Shown here: positions 9,122-15,942 of the stretch, in pieces
Layout of the letters: each line of letters starts with the position of its first letter
Numbering within the stretch: the stretch's first letter is position 1
Assembly: GCA_964475435.1 (NCBI GenBank)
Contig: CAYYWT010000009.1
Span: forward strand, 1 to 23,545
Origin: an uncultured Eubacteriales bacterium
Lineage (GTDB): Bacteria > Bacillota > Clostridia > TANB77 > RGIG9151
Length of the DNA: 23,545 bases
Direction: 5' to 3'
The notes under the pieces: model-generated
What the model was told of the DNA's origin: nothing
What the model saw: the letters and a program-made list of their open reading frames with translations, nothing else
Database searches by the model: none
Translations under genes and position numbers: made by a program

Positions 9122-9156
9122 GTCGAAACAAGTGATAAATAAACGAAATATCGACA
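9121..9156. promoter_or_regulatory. Two inverted Spo0A-box-like sites
   Basis: TGTCGAA on the plus strand at 9121-9127 is an exact 0A box. TGTCGAT on the minus strand at 9150-9156 has one mismatch. Both sit at or just upstream of the candidate sigma-H -35. Confidence 0.45.
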
Positions 9157-9257
9157 TTTACTGTTTTCTCCGCAAATTAACAAATTCCTTCCTAAATTGG
9201 TTAATTTCATACAATTTTCAATTTCTTAGATAAATAAAAATTTATCACAAAAATCAC

Positions 9258-9286
9258 TTGTATATTCTATTTTTTTTGTGTAGAAT
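9258..9286 (+). promoter_or_regulatory. Candidate sigma-A promoter for the WG-repeat gene
   Basis: TTGTAT (9258-9263), a 17-nt spacer, then TAGAAT (9281-9286), about 38 nt upstream of the ATG at 9325. The RBS is GAAAGGTGG. Confidence 0.45.
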
Positions 9287-9324
9287 TACATAGTGGTATG
9301 ATTTTATGAAAGGTGGTTTAATTT

Positions 9325-10218
9325 ATGTCAGTTGTTTCGCCTGAACAGTTTGCAATGCTTAAATTTGCAGATAAGGACTTCAAAAACATAAAGAAATACT
9401 ATAAAAAATTTCACGATATAAATTCAAAAAAATATCTTGCTGTATATAAACAAGGACTTTACGGTATACTTGACGTAGAAACCGAAAAACTTGTTGTTCC
9501 TCATAAATACCAAAAGATTTGTGATTTTAGAGATGGTTTTGCTTGGGTAAAGGCTAAAAATAAGTGGGGATTTATAAATAAAAATTTAGTGGAAATTGTA
9601 TCTCCTAAGTACTTAGATGCGTTTGGACTCGATAATGGTAATTTTGAATTAGGTATAATTCATTGTGTCGGAAATTCGCAAGTTACAAGTGATCTTAATA
9701 AGCTTACAGAATGGTACAAAGAAAATCGCAGAAAAAATCCTCCTGTTCTCTATAATAGAATTCAAGGATTTAGCGAAGGACTTACGCCGGTAAAATTCAG
9801 AAAGAAATGGGGATTTATTGATACTGACGGGAACATAGCTATAAAATCTCGTTTTGAATATGTAAAACCTTTTTCTTACGGAATATCTGCTGTTTGTTTA
9901 AATGGAAAATGGGGATTTATTGATAAAACGGGAAAATTTATTGTAAAGCCTCAATATGCCGATTGTACTTCTTTTATGCGTCCTTCTCAATCTTTAGTAA
10001 AAATGGAATTAAAACGTCCTAGTCATAATATAATTTTAAACTATCTTTACAGTATGTTTAAAAAAGTTTATGTTCCGACCGGTGATGTTCCATTTGCTCA
10101 AGTCGAAATTCCTTCTGAAGAAATAGGGAAAGTTAAAATTGCTTGTATAGGTTTAACCGGAGAAAAATTAAAAAGAAGTGCGAAAAAAGATATAGAAATA
10201 CACGCTGAAATATATTAG
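9325..10218 (+). CDS. WG-repeat (KWG) containing protein, no signal peptide
   Basis: Repeated motifs KWGFINKN, KWGFIDTDGN and KWGFIDKTGK, each with a preceding aromatic/Gly pattern, are typical of the WG-containing repeat family. Confidence 0.75.
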   Translation: MSVVSPEQFAMLKFADKDFKNIKKYYKKFHDINSKKYLAVYKQGLYGILDVETEKLVVPHKYQKICDFRDGFAWVKAKNKWGFINKNLVEIVSPKYLDAFGLDNGNFELGIIHCVGNSQVTSDLNKLTEWYKENRRKNPPVLYNRIQGFSEGLTPVKFRKKWGFIDTDGNIAIKSRFEYVKPFSYGISAVCLNGKWGFIDKTGKFIVKPQYADCTSFMRPSQSLVKMELKRPSHNIILNYLYSMFKKVYVPTGDVPFAQVEIPSEEIGKVKIACIGLTGEKLKRSAKKDIEIHAEIY

Positions 10219-10234
10219 TAAATTTTAAAAATGT

Positions 10235-10349
10235 GGAGCTGTAAAAAAACTCGTTTATCATTTAAATAACGTATTGTACTGTACCAAGCGAAACAAAAAT
10301 TGCTTTTTGGTCCCTCATGTTATGAATTTTATGAGTTTTTTACAGCCCC
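10235..10349. terminator. Bidirectional terminator-like long-range hairpin with an 80-nt insert in its loop
   Basis: GGAGCTGTAAAAAAACTC (10235-10252) pairs with GAGTTTTTTACAGCCCC (10333-10349), giving 16 bp with one mismatch and one bulge. T-rich tracts follow on both strands (TTATTTTTT on plus, ACATTTTTAAAATTT on minus). It lies between the convergent WG-repeat and CBS genes. Confidence 0.5.
10253..10320 (+). repeat. Third copy of the repeat unit seen at 7259-7432
   Basis: By hand alignment, the reverse complement of 10253-10320 matches 7377-7445 at about 59 of 70 positions. The match covers the GAGGGAC-AAAAAGCAATTTTTGTTTC hairpin, AGTACAAT and AATGATAAAC. Confidence 0.75.
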
Positions 10350-10356
10350 TTATTTT

Positions 10357-10797
10357 TTAATCTTCCCAACTATCTATTTCCCTATCTTCGCAAATATCAC
10401 ATAAACATTGAGATACTTCTATATCAAAATCACAATCTAAAGCAATATCTCCTAACGATACCAAGCCAACCAATTTATCGTTTTCGACTATCGGAAGTCT
10501 TCTTACTTGCCAATCCGACATTATCTCGCAAGCTTCATCAAGCGACATATCCGGTCTGCCTGTCTTTACTCCGGATGTCATTATATCTTTTACCATTGTC
10601 GTTTCAGGGTCTTTTCCTTCGGCAATGTTTCTCACAACAATATCTCTGTCCGTAACTAATCCTAAAAGTATTTGATTATCATTACATACAGGCACAACTC
10701 CTACATCATATTTTTGCATTATTTCCGCAGTCTTTTTCAAATCAGTATTCGGAGTTACCCATTTTAAATTTGTATTCATAATTTCCTTTATTTTCAT
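10357..10797 (-). CDS. CBS-pair domain protein with a C-terminal Cys-rich tail
   Basis: Two CBS motifs (VGVVPV...GLVTDRDIV and VRRLPIVEN.KLVGLVSLGDIA). I moved the start to the ATG at 10797 (cat 10795-10797), with GGAGGAAGG upstream. The track extension would translate the SD itself. Confidence 0.85.
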   Translation of the reverse strand: MKIKEIMNTNLKWVTPNTDLKKTAEIMQKYDVGVVPVCNDNQILLGLVTDRDIVVRNIAEGKDPETTMVKDIMTSGVKTGRPDMSLDEACEIMSDWQVRRLPIVENDKLVGLVSLGDIALDCDFDIEVSQCLCDICEDREIDSWED

Positions 10798-10810
10798 TTT
10801 ACCTTCCTCC

Positions 10811-10845
10811 TTAAAAAACAAAAACTACTCACTTATGAGTAGTTT
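10811..10845 (-). terminator. Intrinsic terminator after the yuiD-like gene
   Basis: Perfect 10-bp stem AAACTACTCA (10822-10831) / TGAGTAGTTT (10836-10845) with a 4-nt loop. On the minus strand it is followed by TTTTGTTTTTT. Confidence 0.7.
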
Positions 10846-10900
10846 GTCTATTTATTTATTAAATATTCCACATTTTGTTCTCTTTTAAATAAATCATTCC

Positions 10901-11332
10901 TTATAGCATAACCAAAACTCCGACAATAGCCCCGTAAACTCCACCAACAATTACTTGAAAAGGCGTATGCCCCAATAATTCTTTTAGTTTCTCGTTCGTA
11001 TCAACATGAACCTGATTAGAATTAATAAGTTGATTTAATATACTAGCTTGCTTTCCGGCGGCACGTCTTACACCGGCAGCGTCATACATAACAATAACAG
11101 AAAAAACAAACGCTACTGCAAACATAGGCGACGAAAAGCCTTCCGACATTCCCACAGCCATCATAAGAGAAGTAACTGTCGCAGAATGTGAACTCGGCAT
11201 TCCGCCGGTTTCAACAAGGCGTTTAAAATTTAATCTCTTATTTATAATAGCATCAGCTAAAAATTTAAAAATTTGAACAGTCGCCCACGCAATAATCGGT
11301 ATTATTAAAAATTTATATTCCCATATATTCAT
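10901..11332 (-). CDS. Divergent PAP2 (DUF212, YuiD-like) membrane protein
   Basis: 143 aa with 3-4 TM helices and the GGMPSSHSATVTSL and YDAAGVRR motifs characteristic of the family. Confidence 0.75.
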   Translation of the reverse strand: MNIWEYKFLIIPIIAWATVQIFKFLADAIINKRLNFKRLVETGGMPSSHSATVTSLMMAVGMSEGFSSPMFAVAFVFSVIVMYDAAGVRRAAGKQASILNQLINSNQVHVDTNEKLKELLGHTPFQVIVGGVYGAIVGVLVML

Positions 11333-11356
11333 ATATAATGCCCCTTTTAGATGTTT

Positions 11357-12238
11357 TTAATTATTTCTTTCTTTAATAAATATCGCAAGTTCTTTAAAAA
11401 ATTCTGTATTATAATTAGAAAACTTCGTAAGAATATTAATCGCTTTATTAGTTTTCTCTTCCAACTGTTTTTTAGCTTCCTCCAAACCTAAAACAGTAAC
11501 AAAAGTACGCTTTCCATTAATTTTGTCGTGACCAATCGGCTTTCCGAGTACTTTTTCATCACCGATTTCACCTAAAATATCATCTCTAATTTGAAACGTA
11601 AGTCCTATAACATTCGCATACTCAGTCAATGTAGCTATTTCAGTATCATTCGCACCCGCAAGAATAGCTCCCATCGTAAGAGACGCTCTAATTAACGCAG
11701 CAGTCTTATTATCGTGCATATACATAAGTTCGTCAAGTGAAATTTCTTTTCCCTCATTTTCTATATCAACATATTCACCTTTTATCATATCAAACACATT
11801 ATCCGCAAAAATTTTAAAAGCTTTCGCTTTATTCTCTATATTCTTAGGCTCCTCAAAAACATTCGCTATAACTTTATATGCGTAATCAAGAAGTCCATCT
11901 CCTGCCAAAATCGCAGTACTCTCACCATAAACCTTATGATTAGTAGGCTTACCTCGTCTTAAATCATCATTATCTATCGCCGGTAAATCGTCATGAATTA
12001 AAGAAAAAGTATGTACCATTTCCATAGCACAAGCAAACGGAACAGCTTTTTCGTAATCAGGCTTAAATAATCTATATCCCTCTAAAACAAGCGCAGGTCT
12101 TAATCTTTTTCCACCAGCCATAAGACTGTACTTCATAGACTCCATCAGACCTTTTTCCGAAGAATTTTCAACTTTAATTAATCTATCCAATTCACTATTA
12201 ATTAATTCCGTATATTCCATTAATCTCTCTTTTAACAT
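11357..12238 (-). CDS. ispA: Farnesyl diphosphate synthase (polyprenyl synthetase)
   Basis: First and second Asp-rich motifs (LIHDDLPAIDNDDLRRGKPT and FQIRDDILG). Its position after xseB matches Bacillus. Confidence 0.9.
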   Translation of the reverse strand: MLKERLMEYTELINSELDRLIKVENSSEKGLMESMKYSLMAGGKRLRPALVLEGYRLFKPDYEKAVPFACAMEMVHTFSLIHDDLPAIDNDDLRRGKPTNHKVYGESTAILAGDGLLDYAYKVIANVFEEPKNIENKAKAFKIFADNVFDMIKGEYVDIENEGKEISLDELMYMHDNKTAALIRASLTMGAILAGANDTEIATLTEYANVIGLTFQIRDDILGEIGDEKVLGKPIGHDKINGKRTFVTVLGLEEAKKQLEEKTNKAINILTKFSNYNTEFFKELAIFIKERNN

Positions 12239-12281
12239 ATTCTTCCCCCTCCTAAAAAAACAAATTACATTTTCTTATTTC

Positions 12282-12494
12282 CTAGGAAAGTTCCTCTTCA
12301 ACAACTTGAGAATTTTTTTCTAATACCGTAACAATTCTCTTTTCAGCTTTATCTAAAATATCCGTACAATACTTAGACGTTTTCATTCCTTCTTCAAACT
12401 TTTTCATACTTTCATCTAAAGATAATTCTCCATTCTCCAATTCTAAAACTATTTTTTCAAGCTCATTAATAGCTTCTTCGAAACTCTTTTCCAT
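12282..12494 (-). CDS. xseB: Exodeoxyribonuclease VII small subunit
   Basis: SFEEAINELEKIV..LE.GELSLDES...FEEG. The ATG at 12494 has AAGGAG 8 nt upstream. The track GTG at 12503 abuts the SD with no spacer. Confidence 0.88.
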   Translation of the reverse strand: MEKSFEEAINELEKIVLELENGELSLDESMKKFEEGMKTSKYCTDILDKAEKRIVTVLEKNSQVVEEELS

Positions 12495-12507
12495 TTCCCC
12501 CACTCCT

Positions 12508-13716
12508 TTACTTAGTCCTTACACCTACAATTTCTCCATCATTTAACTTAACACTAAATTCTTCTCCAACCGCTATATTCTTCTCAGACTTAACAAACAT
12601 ATTATCCTTTAATACAACAGAATACCCCCTGGATAAAGTCTTAAGCGGACTTAAAGCATCTAATTTACTAACAATATTAGAAAATTCATTTTTAGCTTTA
12701 TTAATATTTTTTTCATTAGCCTTAATCAAATCTTTAGTCGCCATATCCGAACGAATTTTAAGCTTATTAATAAGCTCCTCCGGACGTTTAAAATAATATG
12801 ACTCCTTTAGTTTTATAAGTCTCTTTCTCTTACTCTCTAGATTTCCGGTAAGAGCCAAACGCAATCTTTTTTCAAAAGTCTCTAATTTATACACAAGCTC
12901 ATCAAGAATCGGGAACACAACTTCAGCAGCCGCCGACGGCGTAGGAGCTCTTAAATCAGACACAAAATCACATATCGTAAAATCCGTTTCATGTCCAACC
13001 GCAGAAACAACAGGAATTTTAGAATTATATATAGCGTAAGCAAGTTCTTCGCTGTTAAAATTCCACAAATCCTCAATAGAACCTCCACCACGTCCAATTA
13101 TAATAACATCCGCCAAATTATTTTCATTTATAAATTCAACTTGGCGAACTAATTCACGGTACGCTCCTTCTCCTTGAACAGAACTCGGAAATAACTTTAT
13201 ATTCGCCTTAGGAAATCTCCTTTGAGAAACATTTAATATATCTCGAATAACCGCTCCCGTAGGCGAAGTAATTACCGCAACACATTTTGGCAAAAGAGGC
13301 AACTTCTTTTTTTTATTTTCATCAAATAATCCCTCTTTAGCCAATTTTTCTTTTAATTTTTCATACTTAGCATATAAATCTCCAACGCCGTCTAACTCCA
13401 TAAAATCGCAATACAATTGGCATTGACCATCCTTCTCATATGAAGAAACATAACCGGAAATAACGACCTTCATACCATCTTCCAGCTTAAATTTCAAACT
13501 AAGCGCTTGACCTCTAAACATTACACATTTCATCGCAGCATTTTCATCTTTTAACGAAAAATACATATGACCTGAAGAATGATTTTTAAAATTAGAAATT
13601 TCACCCTTTACCATTATGTTAGAAAGGATGAAATCATTATCTAAAATTTTCTTTATATATCTATTTACCTGAGTAACCGTATATGTATTAATAGTACTCA
13701 ACTCCTTAATTTTCAA
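12508..13716 (-). CDS. xseA: Exodeoxyribonuclease VII large subunit
   Basis: The N-terminal OB-fold region reads TVTQVNRYIKKIL..D..LSNI.VKGEISNFK.HSSGHMYFSLKDE, followed by IIIGRGGGSIEDLW. It overlaps the nusB stop by 11 nt. Confidence 0.92.
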   Translation of the reverse strand: MKIKELSTINTYTVTQVNRYIKKILDNDFILSNIMVKGEISNFKNHSSGHMYFSLKDENAAMKCVMFRGQALSLKFKLEDGMKVVISGYVSSYEKDGQCQLYCDFMELDGVGDLYAKYEKLKEKLAKEGLFDENKKKKLPLLPKCVAVITSPTGAVIRDILNVSQRRFPKANIKLFPSSVQGEGAYRELVRQVEFINENNLADVIIIGRGGGSIEDLWNFNSEELAYAIYNSKIPVVSAVGHETDFTICDFVSDLRAPTPSAAAEVVFPILDELVYKLETFEKRLRLALTGNLESKRKRLIKLKESYYFKRPEELINKLKIRSDMATKDLIKANEKNINKAKNEFSNIVSKLDALSPLKTLSRGYSVVLKDNMFVKSEKNIAVGEEFSVKLNDGEIVGVRTK

Positions 13717-14104
13717 CTACTTTACCGAGTAATCCGTTAATAAATTTAGCAGAATGATCATTTCCGAACTTTTTAGCAAGTTCAACCGCCTCATTTATAC
13801 TAACTCCAACCGGTATATCTTCCCTATGTTTAATTTCAAAGATAGCAACCCTTAAAATAGGCAAATCAGTTTTGGAAATTCTATCTAGCGTCCAATCATC
13901 TTTCGCGTTAGTCTCAATTACTTCATCAATTTCTTTAAGCGAATTCATTACCCCATTAATTACTTCAAGAAAATAGTCCTTATCATATTTAACTTCTCCG
14001 TAAGACTCTAAAAAATCCTCTACTTGTTCTTTAATATTTTCTCTTTGGAATTCAATTTGAAATAAAAAACAAACTGCCATTTCTCTCGCTAATTTTCTGT
14101 TCAC
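13706..14104 (-). CDS. nusB: Transcription antitermination factor NusB
   Basis: 132 aa with REMAVCFLFQ, INEAVELAKKFG and KFINGLLGKV signatures. Confidence 0.9.
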   Translation of the reverse strand: MNRKLAREMAVCFLFQIEFQRENIKEQVEDFLESYGEVKYDKDYFLEVINGVMNSLKEIDEVIETNAKDDWTLDRISKTDLPILRVAIFEIKHREDIPVGVSINEAVELAKKFGNDHSAKFINGLLGKVVEN

Positions 14105-14139
14105 AATAAATTTCCCCCAAACTTAACGTAAAATACTGA

Positions 14140-14484
14140 TTACCCTTTTTTACTATTAAAATTAATACCTTGGATATGAATATTAACAGCGTTAACCGTC
14201 ATTCCGACTATTTCTTCAACAGTTTTTTTCACTTTATCTTGGATATCCCAAGCAATATCAGGAATTTTTACCCCATACTCTACTATTACGTATACATCTA
14301 ACGTAATAGATTTATCAGCAATTTCCACCTTTATTCCTCTAGTTTTTTTACTGCCTAGAATATTAGTAATTCCGTCAATAATTCCGCCGGGAATATCAAA
14401 AACTCCCGGTACCGACATAACAGTCTTTTCAACTATTGTTGAAATAACTTCCTCAGAAACACTCAAATTTATATTATTCTCCAT
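14140..14484 (-). CDS. Asp23/Gls24 family envelope stress protein (YqhY-like)
   Basis: 114 aa showing the family pattern (ISEEVI..IV......VPGV; V.V.....I.LD.Y.....G..IP.....Q..V). Its position upstream of nusB matches B. subtilis yqhY. Confidence 0.8.
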   Translation of the reverse strand: MENNINLSVSEEVISTIVEKTVMSVPGVFDIPGGIIDGITNILGSKKTRGIKVEIADKSITLDVYVIVEYGVKIPDIAWDIQDKVKKTVEEIVGMTVNAVNIHIQGINFNSKKG

Positions 14485-14510
14485 CTCTACTTACCTCCGG
14501 AACAAAGAAT

Positions 14511-14539
14511 ATTTTACCATAAAAAAACACCACTTGCAA
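14511..14539 (-). promoter_or_regulatory. Strong candidate sigma-A promoter of the asp23-nusB-xseAB-ispA operon
   Basis: Minus strand reads TTGCAA (14534-14539), a 17-nt spacer, then TGgTAAAAT (an extended -10; TAAAAT is 14516-14511). The -35 is the centre of the palindrome at 14521-14553. Confidence 0.55.
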
Positions 14540-14613
14540 GTGCTGTTTTTTTTACTTGCCATCTTATTTTTGCTTATTCAGTAATACCTTATAAATTTTT
14601 TAATAAAATTAAC

Positions 14614-14642
14614 TTGATAAATTCTCTCAATACATTTAAAAT
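14614..14642 (+). promoter_or_regulatory. Candidate sigma-A promoter for mntP
   Basis: TTGATA (14614-14619), a 17-nt spacer, then TAAAAT (14637-14642). The leader is only about 20 nt. Confidence 0.5.
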
Positions 14643-14666
14643 AGCAATGAAAAGGAGTTAATGTTT

Positions 14667-15236
14667 ATGGAATTATTTACTTTATTTTTAATTGCCTTAG
14701 GCTTATCTATGGATGCTTTTGCTGTTTCTATTTCTAACGGGCTTTTTTATAAAAATTTTAAAAAGTCCCATATGTTTTTATCTTCACTTACTTTCGGGAT
14801 TTTTCAAGGAATTATGCCGACAATAGGATTTTTCGCCGGAAATATGTTTTTTGATTTTATATCTTCATACGACCACTGGATTGCTTTTTTCTTACTAGGG
14901 TTTATAGGTTTTAATATGATTTTAGATGCCGTGCGTGAACTAAAAAATACAGAAAAAGATAATTTGCCTAAAAAAGAATACTCTACAAAAATTATGCTAT
15001 TGCAAGGTGTTGCTACAAGCGTTGATGCTCTTGCTGTAGGAATTAGTTTTGCGGCTCTAAAAACAAATATATTAATAGCTTCTTTAACAATTTGCTTAAT
15101 TACCTTCGTAGTTTGCCTTATCGGAAATTATATAGGCAAAAAATTTGGCCATCTCTTAGAAGAGAAAGCCAAAATTTTCGGTGGTGCTATTTTAATTTTA
15201 ATCGGATTAAAAATACTTATTGAACATACATTTTAG
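14667..15236 (+). CDS. mntP: Manganese efflux pump MntP (DUF204 family)
   Basis: Duplicated LSMDAFAVSISNG and TSVDALAVGISFA motifs and 6 TM helices. I prefer the start at ATG 14667, 9 nt after AAGGAG; ATG 14661 is only 3 nt from the SD. Confidence 0.85.
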   Translation: MELFTLFLIALGLSMDAFAVSISNGLFYKNFKKSHMFLSSLTFGIFQGIMPTIGFFAGNMFFDFISSYDHWIAFFLLGFIGFNMILDAVRELKNTEKDNLPKKEYSTKIMLLQGVATSVDALAVGISFAALKTNILIASLTICLITFVVCLIGNYIGKKFGHLLEEKAKIFGGAILILIGLKILIEHTF

Positions 15237-15925
15237 TGTAGCATAATAAGCTTTATAACATATAGTAAAATAAGATGTAACGGATAAAAAGCATAAAAAA
15301 CGTACTTATTAAACTTATATCCTTTTTCCCCATTATATAAAGCAATAGGAATTAATGCGAGTAAACTATATAGTTGCAACATCATAACCACCGCGTTTTG
15401 AATGTTTATCGATGTCATAAGTATTGCTAAAAAATATGTAAAATATTTCTGCTTCCCATCTTTTTTACTGCCTATATAAAATAAGAAAATACACAATATT
15501 CCGCCCATTCCGTAATCTAAATTTAACGCGACGGAAAGCATAATCGCCAAAAGCAAAGGAAAAATTATAAACTCACGTTTTTGTTTTTCCTCTAAAAACT
15601 TATAAAGCCATACAACCAGTAATCCAAGCAATAATTCAAAAAGAACATTTTGCCCGGTAAACTCCAAAAACGTATTATAGAATACAAAATCATATACAAA
15701 TTCGGAAATTACAGCTAATATGCCAATATTTACGGCATATTTTTTTATATTTTTCGTATGAATTATGCCTTCTGTAAGTAAAAAACAAAAAAGTGGAAAC
15801 GCAATTCTTCCCGGTATCCAAAATTCAAACGGAAGTTTAGATGCTCCGGGAATAATTTTTAAAGCATGATCATAAAACATCGAAATTATCGCTATAATTT
15901 TTAGCCAAAATGAAGACAGTACCAT
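15233..15925 (-). CDS. TraX family membrane protein
   Basis: 230 aa, polytopic, with N-terminal LKIIAIISMFYDH typical of TraX. AAGGAG SD. Its stop codon overlaps the mntP stop. Confidence 0.6.
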   Translation of the reverse strand: MVLSSFWLKIIAIISMFYDHALKIIPGASKLPFEFWIPGRIAFPLFCFLLTEGIIHTKNIKKYAVNIGILAVISEFVYDFVFYNTFLEFTGQNVLFELLLGLLVVWLYKFLEEKQKREFIIFPLLLAIMLSVALNLDYGMGGILCIFLFYIGSKKDGKQKYFTYFLAILMTSINIQNAVVMMLQLYSLLALIPIALYNGEKGYKFNKYVFYAFYPLHLILLYVIKLIMLH

Positions 15926-15942
15926 TTTTTCTCCTTCTTAGG

